DNA of 25,415 bases, taken from assembly GCA_038844785.1 (NCBI GenBank), contig JAWBRA010000024.1, positions 1-25,415 of the forward strand. Direction: 5' to 3'. This document shows, piece by piece, positions 1 to 8,170 of this stretch. How positions within the stretch are numbered: position 1 is the first letter of the stretch; the number at the start of each line of letters is the position of its first letter. Both the position numbers and the translations under genes were made by a program. Source of the DNA: Candidatus Caldarchaeum sp. (lineage in GTDB: Archaea; Thermoproteota; Nitrososphaeria_A; Caldarchaeales; Caldarchaeaceae). Below the pieces are notes generated by a model. The model was not told where the DNA came from, did no database searches, and worked only from the letters and a program-made list of their open reading frames with translations.

Positions 1-63
1 AAAACCGATGAAAACCTGAAATTTCCCGTTTTCAAGCCGTGACGAGGCGAAACTACATTCTCT

Positions 64-75
64 AAAGCTTATATC
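64..75 (+). promoter_or_regulatory. Putative archaeal BRE/TATA promoter (AAAG-CTTATATC) for the gene at 101
   Basis: TTATAT box preceded by a purine run, ~26 nt upstream of the GTG at 101, which fits a leaderless or short-leader transcript. Confidence 0.45.
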
Positions 76-100
76 ATTTGGAGCGGTAGGGTTTACGCTG

Positions 101-589
101 GTGGGTTGTTTGGCTCACCAGCCCCAGCTTGATTCCTTCCTTCCGAAGTATTACGCCTCCAACGTAGTCGCTAAGATTGTATGCGAGGAAAGGGGTAATA
201 TGAGGCTTAAACTACCTACAACTGTCTGGCGGTCTTTAAACATACCAGACAAAGGAGACTATACAGCCTACGTTAAAGGCGAGGTGTTTAAAGGTAGATA
301 CGACGTTACAGCAGGCTTTAGGCTTAGAATACCCAACATGTATAAAAACCTGTTCCACTACGAGGCCAACGACGGAAAAGAGGTTAGGATAGACCTGTGG
401 GTTGAGGATGGAACACCGAGATTCACCTATAAAGAGTATGATGAATCTCCTTTCATACCGTCAGGTGTTCAGCCGCAGTATGACAGGGGACAATCGTTTT
501 GTAGCGTATGCCGTAAAACGTTCGAGAACAAGGATAGATGTCCCAACTGCAACAGAGCACTAAGGAAAAAACCAAGAAGAAAGAGATAA
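101..589 (+). CDS. Uncharacterised protein with two AbrB/MraZ-like swapped-hairpin motifs and a C-terminal Zn ribbon (putative DNA-binding protein)
   Basis: Two repeats of an RxxIP-type motif (ERGNMRLKLPTTVWRSLNI; TAGFRLRIPNMYKNL), CSVC...CPNC and a basic tail (RKKPRRKR). Alternative ATG start at 200 after AGGGGT. Many differences from the paralogous copy at ~23890-24232 are synonymous, which supports coding status. Confidence 0.7.
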   Translation: MGCLAHQPQLDSFLPKYYASNVVAKIVCEERGNMRLKLPTTVWRSLNIPDKGDYTAYVKGEVFKGRYDVTAGFRLRIPNMYKNLFHYEANDGKEVRIDLWVEDGTPRFTYKEYDESPFIPSGVQPQYDRGQSFCSVCRKTFENKDRCPNCNRALRKKPRRKR

Positions 590-625
590 AAGATACCAAC
601 CATAATAATATTATTATGGTTGAGC
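209..625 (+). repeat. Left copy of a ~0.4-kb degenerate inverted repeat (partner ~23865-24232)
   Basis: Identical blocks on opposite strands, e.g. 455-474 = revcomp 24004-24023 (20 nt) and 561-582 = revcomp 23897-23918 (22 nt). Similarity continues past the stop codon to ~625. Confidence 0.9.
597..622. repeat. Perfect 26-bp palindrome CAACCATAATAATATTATTATGGTTG
   Basis: First 13 nt are the exact reverse complement of the last 13 nt. Confidence 0.95.
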
Positions 626-685
626 AGCCCTGCTGACCATCATATCTGTTTTCACGGTTTACGTAGCCGGCTGGAGGGGGTTTGT

Positions 686-1561
686 TTGGAGGCGGTGAAG
701 GTCCGTAATTTGACGAAACAGTTTAACGGATTCCTGGCCCTCGACAGGCTAAACTTCGACATACCTGAAGGCAGCCTCACGTTTCTCTTAGGGCCCAACG
801 GAGCCGGGAAAACCACGTTCCTAAGATGTCTGCTGGGCTTGCTGAAGTTCGAAGGCGAGCTAAAGGTTTACGGGCTTGACGTAAAACGTGAGGGCAAATC
901 GGTCAGAAAGCTAATCGGCTACGTACCCCAGAGCATAAACCTGTACAACGACCTAACCCTAACACAACTGCTTGACTTTTTCTCGGACCTCAGAAACGTT
1001 TCCATAACGCTGGATGAGCTTGAAAAATTTGGTCTGAGGGAGAAAGCTGAGGTCAGGGTTGGAGAGCTGTCTGGAGGCATGAGGCAGAAGCTCTGCCTGC
1101 TCCTAGCCTTGGTAGGCAACCCGCCAATCCTAGCCATGGACGAGCCGTTCAGCAACTTAGACGCTAGGGGTAGGCTCGAGCTCGTAAACATTCTGAAAAC
1201 GCTTAAGCAGCAGCGTAAAACAATACTGTTAAGCACGCACACCCTCAGCGGGGTCCTGACGATGGCCGACGACATCGTTGTGCTAAACCGTGGAAAGCTT
1301 GTTCGCGCCATGAAATCGTATGAGCTGTCTTCAACGATGAATTTGACATACAAGATTCACCTGAGAGCTAATAAGGAGAGCTTGGAGGCGGCTGGGTTGA
1401 AGGCTGAAGATTCCTCACCGGGATGGCTGACGCTCAAGTCCGAAGACCTCTACACAACGCTAACAACCCTCGTCAGACAAAACATAAACATCCAAGGAGC
1501 TGTGATAGAGGAGCCTAGCGTGGACGAGCTTGTCATGAGGCTAACAGAGGATGCTGTCTAG
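686..1561 (+). CDS. ABC transporter ATP-binding subunit (NosF/CcmA-like)
   Basis: Walker A GPNGAGKTT, signature LSGGMRQ, Walker B ILAMDEP, H-loop STH. TTG at 686 follows GGAGG; the ORF track opens at 620. Confidence 0.92.
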   Translation: MEAVKVRNLTKQFNGFLALDRLNFDIPEGSLTFLLGPNGAGKTTFLRCLLGLLKFEGELKVYGLDVKREGKSVRKLIGYVPQSINLYNDLTLTQLLDFFSDLRNVSITLDELEKFGLREKAEVRVGELSGGMRQKLCLLLALVGNPPILAMDEPFSNLDARGRLELVNILKTLKQQRKTILLSTHTLSGVLTMADDIVVLNRGKLVRAMKSYELSSTMNLTYKIHLRANKESLEAAGLKAEDSSPGWLTLKSEDLYTTLTTLVRQNINIQGAVIEEPSVDELVMRLTEDAV

Positions 1562-2378
1562 GGAGTTCAAAACACTTCTCGTCAGGGAGATTCAGGAGTC
1601 GCTGAGGAACAAATGGCTGATAATCTACGCCGTCATATACGCCGTCCTCGGCCTAAGCCTTTCATACTACAGCGTGCTGGGGTTGAGCTATCTGGGGCTT
1701 AAGGCATTCGGCCGTGTATCAGCGGCTCTCGTGAACCTCACGCTCTACATGGTGCCTTTGATGTCACTTTCCTTGGCCGGCCTCTCGCTGGTAACCGAGA
1801 GGGAGAAAAACACGCTGGAGATGCTGCTGGCACAGCCCGTCTCAAAAACAGAGGTTGCTGTGAGCAGATATCTAGGGATAACGCTTTCAATCTTCCTGAG
1901 CACCTTTCTCGGCTACGGCTTGGCTGCATGGTATCTATGGCTCGTCCTCTCATCGGGCGACATAGTTGTGTTCCTTCAGCTAATGCTCATCTCGCTGTTG
2001 GCAGCCTCAACGCTTTCCGCCGTCGGGCTTCTCATATCCATACTGTCTAGGACAAGGTTTGAAGCGTTGGCAACGGTTTTGTTGACATGGCTTACGCTTG
2101 TGGTGATATACGACCTTCTGGTAATGGGCGTAACATTGATAGCAGACCTCAAAGTAGCCGACATACTCAACCTCCTAATCCTCAACCCCGTGGAGTCGGC
2201 GAGGATACTTATGGTCCAGGCTCTAGACCCTTCGCTGCTTCTCCTCGGGGCGACTGGGCTTTACATAGCACGCACACTAGGTTCATCGATAACCATGGTT
2301 TTCACCGCAAGCATGCTTGCATGGACGGCATCCTGCCTAGCGGCGGCCGTCATTCTGTTCAACCGTCAAGACCTCTAA
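1551..2378 (+). CDS. ABC-2 type permease, NosY-like
   Basis: About 6 hydrophobic helices; NKWLIIYA, YMVPLMSL, EREKNTLEMLLAQPVSK and LNPVESARIL motifs resemble NosY; overlaps the ATPase stop. Confidence 0.85.
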   Translation: MLSREFKTLLVREIQESLRNKWLIIYAVIYAVLGLSLSYYSVLGLSYLGLKAFGRVSAALVNLTLYMVPLMSLSLAGLSLVTEREKNTLEMLLAQPVSKTEVAVSRYLGITLSIFLSTFLGYGLAAWYLWLVLSSGDIVVFLQLMLISLLAASTLSAVGLLISILSRTRFEALATVLLTWLTLVVIYDLLVMGVTLIADLKVADILNLLILNPVESARILMVQALDPSLLLLGATGLYIARTLGSSITMVFTASMLAWTASCLAAAVILFNRQDL

Positions 2379-2474
2379 TCTTCGCTAGCCATCACATCGC
2401 GGCTGCTGAGACCTTACAAGCACCTTCATACTATCTAAAAATGTTTTAAAGGGGTTTTGCGAATTGTTTAGTGG

Positions 2475-3290
2475 ATGACAAACGACGGTATATCCACCGT
2501 TGTTATAGGCGTGAGGTATGACGGGAAGATCGTTGAAGACCCTGTCGCTTTAGAGTTCCCTGTAAACATCTACATCAACGACAAACATTTTGTCACGGTT
2601 TTCGCAACTCCTCACGAGCTTAGAGAAATGGCTGTAGGCCATCTCCTTGGACAGGGCATCGTCGACAGGCTGGAGCAGATCGAGGACTTGGCTGTGGACG
2701 GCCTAGACATACTTGCCTACGTCAACGTCGACGAAGCCGAGCTGGGTAGAAGGCTTGAAAAACATAAGGAGTTCAAGCTCATCCTCACCTCATGCGGCTC
2801 GGTTGAAGACTATATCAGGGCCTTTGACAACCTCCATAAGCCGAGGGTTTCATCAGATTTCAGGATCTCGTTAGAACGGCTTCGCACCGTGGTAACAGAG
2901 TTTGGAAGACTGTCCAAGCACACTGTATCAGTCCACACAGCAGCGGTCTACTCCGACGTTGTGGGAAAAATTCTAGGCTTTTCGGAGGACGTCAGCAGAC
3001 ACGTCACAGTTGACAAGATAATAGGTAAGATGGCTTTGAAGAACGTCGATTTTTCGAAATGTGTTCTCCTGACCACAGGCAGGCAGGCCTCCGACATGGT
3101 TTTGAAAGCGGCACGCGTGGGAATGCCGGTGACCGTCTCCCTTAGAGGGCCTATTTTCTCCGGGCTGTACGCGGCTTTAAAAAGCGGGGTTACGTTGGTT
3201 AGCATGGTTAGGGGAAAGGGTCTAACAATATACTCCCACCCAGAAAGAATAATAATATATAATAGCGTGGAGGGGCAGCTGGTTAGCTAG
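2475..3290 (+). CDS. fdhD: FdhD/FdsC-family sulfurtransferase (molybdopterin-enzyme accessory protein)
   Basis: VALEFPV...ATPHELREMAVGHL N-terminus, TSCG Cys motif, EDVSRHVTVDKIIG, LTTGRQASDMVLKAA. Confidence 0.9.
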   Translation: MTNDGISTVVIGVRYDGKIVEDPVALEFPVNIYINDKHFVTVFATPHELREMAVGHLLGQGIVDRLEQIEDLAVDGLDILAYVNVDEAELGRRLEKHKEFKLILTSCGSVEDYIRAFDNLHKPRVSSDFRISLERLRTVVTEFGRLSKHTVSVHTAAVYSDVVGKILGFSEDVSRHVTVDKIIGKMALKNVDFSKCVLLTTGRQASDMVLKAARVGMPVTVSLRGPIFSGLYAALKSGVTLVSMVRGKGLTIYSHPERIIIYNSVEGQLVS

Positions 3291-3291
3291 C

Positions 3292-3519
3292 ATGTCGGAG
3301 CAGACTCGAGCGGCTCTGAAGCTGTTCGGCATAAACGTAACAAAGCTAGAGAAAGCGGTCGAGAGGCTTGAGAAAGAACCGGACAAACGCTCGGTGGAAA
3401 ACTACGTCGCGACGTCGAAACAAGTTAACGATAGCTTGGCCGAGTTGCTGGGGATCATCCTACGGCTCCACGAAAGGGGTGTTTCAGCCCTCGTGAAGAC
3501 TTTGTCTGAAAAATCTTAA
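3292..3519 (+). CDS. Small helical hypothetical protein (75 aa)
   Basis: ATG 2 nt after the fdhD stop, amphipathic helical pattern, fills the gap before moeA. Confidence 0.7.
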   Translation: MSEQTRAALKLFGINVTKLEKAVERLEKEPDKRSVENYVATSKQVNDSLAELLGIILRLHERGVSALVKTLSEKS

Positions 3520-3574
3520 ACCCTGTGAAAAACTTAAATGAGCCGACAGTGTCTAAACCGTTTAGAAAGATTTT

Positions 3575-4840
3575 ATGAGTCGTAGGAAAATGTCCGGTTT
3601 CCCCACTTTAGCCAGCGTGGAGGAAGCTTTTTCGACACTCGTTAACAGTCTAGCGGTGGGAAACCCAGCCGTAGAGTATGTCCCGCTGGAAGAGTGTCTG
3701 GGCAGGTTCTGCGGGCAGGATGTCTTTTCCCCAGCCAATGTTCCCCCGTTTGACAGGAGCGCTGTCGACGGCTACGCTGTCAAAGCATCCGACACATTCG
3801 GAGCCTCTCCCACAAACCCTGTGACGCTGGAGCTGGTCGGCATATCCCACACGGGGTTGAAGAGGGATTTGGCTCCAAAAATATCATCGGGGCAGGCTGT
3901 CGAAATATACACTGGGGCGCCTGTCCCTGAGGGAGCTGACGCTGTCGTCATGGCTGAGTACTGTAAAAAATCTGGAGAGGGATACGTGGAAGTTTTCCGC
4001 CAAGCTCATCCATTCCAAAATATTTCACGGACGGGTGAGGATTTCAGGATGGGTGAGCTTGTGGTTTCCAGAGGAACGAGGATAAAGTCCTGGCACATAG
4101 GAGCTTTAGCGTCTCTCAACATCGTAAAAATCCCCGTCTACCAAAAGCTCCGTGTCTCCGTCCTCAGCACGGGGAGCGAGCTCGTAGAGCCTGGACAGAC
4201 TCCTAGGGAAGACCAGATAATAAACAGCTCCAAACCCATGCTCAAATCGCTGATTGTAGAGAACGGATGCGTCCCTGTAGACCTAGGAACGGTCGAGGAC
4301 GACGTCCAGCTTGTGGCTTCAAAGATAGCTGAAGGCGTGAAAGTCTCCGACATCGTCATTGTCACGGGCGGCACAAGCATAGGGGAAAGAGACATAGTTC
4401 CCGACGCTGTGAACAAGGCTGGGAAGCCGGGCGTCATATTCCACGGGGTCAGGATAAGGCCTGCCAAGCCTACCGGGGCTGGGATAGTTGACGGAAAACC
4501 TGTCTTCATGCTCTCAGGGTTCCCTGTCTCAGCGTTGATCGGCTTCCAGCTTTTCGTGAAACCAGTGATAGATATGATGTACTGTCACAATAGCTCCGGC
4601 CCCTGTTCGGTTAAGGGTAGGCTGACGAGACGTGTCGCAAACCATACAGCGTCGAGGCTTTTCGTCCGTGTCAGGGTTGAGAAAACAGAGAGCGGGGTTG
4701 TCGTGGAGCCGTTGATGCTAACGGGCTCAGGTCTCCTTTCAACGTTGACGAAGGCGAACGGGCTGCTGGTCGTGCCTGAGGATGTGGAAGGATATGACGA
4801 AGGCGAGGAAGTGGAGGTGCAGCTCCTACAACACGACTGA
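3575..4840 (+). CDS. moeA: Molybdopterin molybdenum/tungsten transferase MoeA
   Basis: PPFDRSAVDGYAV, IYTGAPVPEGADAVVMAE, LSTGSEL, TGGTSIGERD, RPAKP, LSGFPVSA. Confidence 0.95.
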   Translation: MSRRKMSGFPTLASVEEAFSTLVNSLAVGNPAVEYVPLEECLGRFCGQDVFSPANVPPFDRSAVDGYAVKASDTFGASPTNPVTLELVGISHTGLKRDLAPKISSGQAVEIYTGAPVPEGADAVVMAEYCKKSGEGYVEVFRQAHPFQNISRTGEDFRMGELVVSRGTRIKSWHIGALASLNIVKIPVYQKLRVSVLSTGSELVEPGQTPREDQIINSSKPMLKSLIVENGCVPVDLGTVEDDVQLVASKIAEGVKVSDIVIVTGGTSIGERDIVPDAVNKAGKPGVIFHGVRIRPAKPTGAGIVDGKPVFMLSGFPVSALIGFQLFVKPVIDMMYCHNSSGPCSVKGRLTRRVANHTASRLFVRVRVEKTESGVVVEPLMLTGSGLLSTLTKANGLLVVPEDVEGYDEGEEVEVQLLQHD

Positions 4841-4857
4841 AAACTGGTGAAACCCGG

Positions 4858-6819
4858 ATGGCTACCGTCTTCCACAACTTAGTCAGCGTCGAAGAAGCTT
4901 TGGAGATGATAGATGCCGCGTTAGTCGGCGTCAGGCCGCTTGGTGTAGAGAGAGTGAAAGTGAGCGAGGCATTAGGTCGAACTCTTGCCGAAGACGTTGT
5001 GGCTAAAGCTGCTGCTCCGCCTTTTGACCGGTCTACCGTAGACGGCTACGCTGTAGTAGCTTCAGACACCTATGCAGCGACCGAGGAGAACCCTGTCACG
5101 CTGGAGGTCGTTGGGAAAGCTGAGGTCGGCCGCGTCTACGAAGGATTTTTAGAGAACGGGAAATGCGTCGAGATATCGACCGGTGCAGCAGTACCGCGTG
5201 GAGCCAACGCTGTGGTGATGGTTGAGTTTACCAAAAAAACCTCAGGAAACACCGTCCAAGTCTTTAGACCTGTTTCTCCGAACGAAAACATAGCTCAAGC
5301 CGGGTCAGACATCTCTGTCGGCGACATAATCCTCAGAAAAGGCAGCCTGATAACTCCTCGGGAGATAGCTGTGTTGACTTCGGCGGGGCTTGAAGAGGTT
5401 CCGGTGTACAGGAGAGCAAGGGTTGCGGTCTTCTCTACGGGAAACGAGGTGGTCGAGGCAGGTCGGCCGCTCGACCTGGGAAAAGTTTACGACGTCAACG
5501 GCCCTACGCTAACGGCCATGCTAGCTGAGGCTGGGGCTCAGGCGGATTTTCTTGGAATAATTCCAGATGACTACCTTGTGATGTTGGAGCGTGTAGGCCA
5601 TGCTCTCGAATCCGGCTACGACATTGTCGTGACTTCGGGAAGCACTTCAGCAGGCTTCGGAGACATGATATACAAGGTATTCAGAGAGCTGAGCGGCGGC
5701 AAGGTTATCGTCCACGGGCTGAAGGTCAGGCCCGGCAAACCAACCGCCGTAGCAGTGGCTGGCGGAAAGCTGCTGATAGGGCTGCCAGGATTCCCTCTGT
5801 CGGCGATGATGGTTTTCATGAAGCTCGTCAAGCCTGTGGTCCAACGCATGTGCGGCGTAAATCCTTCTGCGTCGAAAACGGTGAAGGCCAAGATTCCATT
5901 TAGGATTGACGCTGGGAAAGGTAAGCTGGAGATGATTCCCGTCCAGATAGTGACCACAGGGAGCGGGAACGTCGCATACCCATTGCTCGGGCAGTCAGGG
6001 TCTACGTATGTTTTATCGGTTGCCGACGGCGTGGTGGAGGTGGCTGCGAACAAGGAGTTTCTCGACGAAGGAGAGGAGGTTGAGGTCAGCCTTCTCTCAG
6101 ACAGAATAAAACCCGCTGAACTCTTCATAATCGGAAGCCATTGTCCAGGCATCGACATTCTCTTGGAGGAGGCTGGTTTACTTGAGACCAAGGTTGTGAA
6201 CGTGGGCTCGGTTGCTGGATGGTACGCTGTTAAGCGCGGGGAAGCCGACCTGGCGGGAACGCATCTGCTGGATGAAAAGACAGGCGAATACAACCTTCAC
6301 ATGCTCGAAAGACTCAGCCTGAAAGACAAAGCATTCCTAGTCAGAGGATACGCTAGAAGAATCGGCTTCGTGACAAAGAAAGGAAACCCGCATAGAATCA
6401 AGTCCTTCGAAGACCTTCTTAGAAAAGACATAATCTTAGTCAACAGGATTAGAGGCTCTGGGATAAGAGCTCTCCTCGACATAAGGCTAGCCGAGCTCGG
6501 TGTCAGAGAACCTTTAAAGCAGATCAGGGGATACGACTACGAGGTTAGAACGCATACGGGGGTTGCAGCAGCAGTAGCGCAGGGAAGAGCCGACGTAGGA
6601 ATAACGCTCGAAGCAGTAGCCAAACACTACGGGCTAGACTTCATCCCAATAGGTGATGAAATGTTTGATTTCGTCGTCTCCAAGCAAAGAATGGAAAAGA
6701 AACAGGTTAAAAAATTTCTAGAAACACTCTCCTCAAAAAAATTTGGCGAAAAGCTGCAGAAAACACTGCCCGGATACCATATAGTATATGAAACAGGCAG
6801 CGTGGTTGGAGGCTGGTGA
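4858..6819 (+). CDS. moeA: MoeA fused to a C-terminal PBP (substrate-binding) domain, archaeal MoeA2 type
   Basis: PPFDRSTVDGYA, FSTGNE, SGSTSAGFGD, RPGKP, LPGFPLSA, then PBP domain IGSHCPG, GTHLLDE..GEYN, NRIRGSGIR, HTGVAAAVAQGRADVG. Confidence 0.95.
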   Translation: MATVFHNLVSVEEALEMIDAALVGVRPLGVERVKVSEALGRTLAEDVVAKAAAPPFDRSTVDGYAVVASDTYAATEENPVTLEVVGKAEVGRVYEGFLENGKCVEISTGAAVPRGANAVVMVEFTKKTSGNTVQVFRPVSPNENIAQAGSDISVGDIILRKGSLITPREIAVLTSAGLEEVPVYRRARVAVFSTGNEVVEAGRPLDLGKVYDVNGPTLTAMLAEAGAQADFLGIIPDDYLVMLERVGHALESGYDIVVTSGSTSAGFGDMIYKVFRELSGGKVIVHGLKVRPGKPTAVAVAGGKLLIGLPGFPLSAMMVFMKLVKPVVQRMCGVNPSASKTVKAKIPFRIDAGKGKLEMIPVQIVTTGSGNVAYPLLGQSGSTYVLSVADGVVEVAANKEFLDEGEEVEVSLLSDRIKPAELFIIGSHCPGIDILLEEAGLLETKVVNVGSVAGWYAVKRGEADLAGTHLLDEKTGEYNLHMLERLSLKDKAFLVRGYARRIGFVTKKGNPHRIKSFEDLLRKDIILVNRIRGSGIRALLDIRLAELGVREPLKQIRGYDYEVRTHTGVAAAVAQGRADVGITLEAVAKHYGLDFIPIGDEMFDFVVSKQRMEKKQVKKFLETLSSKKFGEKLQKTLPGYHIVYETGSVVGGW

Positions 6820-6834
6820 ATAAGCGGAAAACAC

Positions 6835-7641
6835 GTGAGCCAGCAAATGGCTGCGGCGTTAAAGCCTGAGATAGTTAGCCCAGAAAGGCTGTTGGACAAC
6901 GTTGACGACTACATCCTGCTTGACGTGAGAAGGATTATCGAGTACAGGGCAGGCCATATCCCGAACGCTTTGCCCTGCTCTTTCGCGAACTTCATAAAGA
7001 TTTGGGGGGTGGCCCTCATGCCAGCCGACAGCGAAGACCTTGTCCTGCATCTCTCCAGGCTGGGCGTCGACACGGACAGGACTATAGTTGTTTATGACAA
7101 TTTTTATGGAAGGCATGCTGCACGGGCTGTCTATACGCTTGAGCTCCTCGGCTTCAGCAAGCTGGCGCTGCTCGACAGACCTTTCGAAGAGTACGTGGCC
7201 GACGGATACCCTGTAACAAGTGAGAAGCCGGTTTACAAGCCGTCGGAGCTTCCGAGGCTCAGCTACGATGAAAGCCGTCTCCTGACGAGGGAGAAGATAG
7301 CAAGCCTTGTTTTAGAGTGGGATGGTTCGGCTGCGATAGTGGATTCCCGCAGCACGTCAGACTACGGCTTTGGCCACATACCTCACGCGATAAACATTCC
7401 ATGGGACACTATCTACGCGTCCAAAGGCTTGTTTAACATCGAGGCTGTCCGAAACGCTGTGGAAGCCAACAACCTCTCACGGTTTAAAACCATCATTTGC
7501 TACTGCGAGGAGGGGACAAGCTCGTCTCTCACAATGTATGCTTTCAGGCATACGGGTCTGCTTAACACTCACACATACCTAGCCTCATACCCCGACTGGA
7601 TTGGCACCCTCCAAAACCCGGTCGAGAAACAAACACGTTAA
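6835..7641 (+). CDS. Tandem-domain rhodanese/sulfurtransferase
   Basis: Two rhodanese repeats (LDVR...Y..GHIPNA; VDSR...Y..GHIPHA), catalytic Cys in CYCEEGTSS, terminal Y..S..DW motif. Confidence 0.9.
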   Translation: MSQQMAAALKPEIVSPERLLDNVDDYILLDVRRIIEYRAGHIPNALPCSFANFIKIWGVALMPADSEDLVLHLSRLGVDTDRTIVVYDNFYGRHAARAVYTLELLGFSKLALLDRPFEEYVADGYPVTSEKPVYKPSELPRLSYDESRLLTREKIASLVLEWDGSAAIVDSRSTSDYGFGHIPHAINIPWDTIYASKGLFNIEAVRNAVEANNLSRFKTIICYCEEGTSSSLTMYAFRHTGLLNTHTYLASYPDWIGTLQNPVEKQTR

Positions 7642-7643
7642 AC

Positions 7644-7656
7644 GCGGGCAGCCCGC
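7644..7656 (+). terminator. Small GC-rich inverted repeat GCGGGC-A-GCCCGC just after the rhodanese stop
   Basis: Perfect 6-bp arms; no following T-run, so function is uncertain. Confidence 0.25.
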
Positions 7657-7697
7657 CATATTGAAGGTCTTTTCCGAGATGATATGATGGCTGGACA

Positions 7698-7709
7698 ATT
7701 TCTATAAAT
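7698..7709. promoter_or_regulatory. Putative operator ATTTCTATAAAT upstream of the moaD-aor-oah-had-dch operon
   Basis: Near-palindrome; AATTTCTATAAAT is identical to 19661-19673; ends 43 nt before the start codon and 10 nt before a TATA-like CTATATGA. Confidence 0.65.
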
Positions 7710-7751
7710 ATATTTTAGACTATATGAGCTGGCGTCTGGAGTCGCGGGTAT

Positions 7752-8168
7752 GTGGAGGCTGTTGTAAAAATAATCTTCGTCGGCCCTTTGCGGACCGTTT
7801 TCGGCAGCAGGGAGATGACCCTAACCGTCAAGGATGGTGAGACTGTCCGCCAGCTGCTTGCGAGGGTTGCGAGCGAGGCTGGCGGCAGGGGTGCTGAATA
7901 TCTCTCAGACGAGAACCCGGAGCAGCTCGTCGTCTCCGTCGACGGGGAAGTGGTTAGAGATTTGGACAGGAGGATAAGGGGAGGAGAAACCATCATACTG
8001 ACGCCTGCTCTGTCAGGCGGGTCAACCTATTCGGTGAGATGTTTAAACTGTTCGGCTAGAATACCTGTCCAGCAAGGGGTTTCGGAAGCAACCTGCAGCA
8101 GCTGCGGCACAAGCTACACCATCACTTGGATATATCCAACGCAGCCCAAGATAAGGAGGGTTGCGTAG
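7752..8168 (+). CDS. moaD: MoaD/ThiS/SAMP ubiquitin-like sulfur carrier with internal GG (res. 89-90) fused to a C-terminal Zn ribbon
   Basis: Beta-grasp pattern VKIIFVGPLR...TVRQLL...VSVDG...IILTPALSGG followed in frame by CLNC-x15-CSSC. Confidence 0.8.
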   Translation: MEAVVKIIFVGPLRTVFGSREMTLTVKDGETVRQLLARVASEAGGRGAEYLSDENPEQLVVSVDGEVVRDLDRRIRGGETIILTPALSGGSTYSVRCLNCSARIPVQQGVSEATCSSCGTSYTITWIYPTQPKIRRVA

Positions 8169-8170
8169 AC

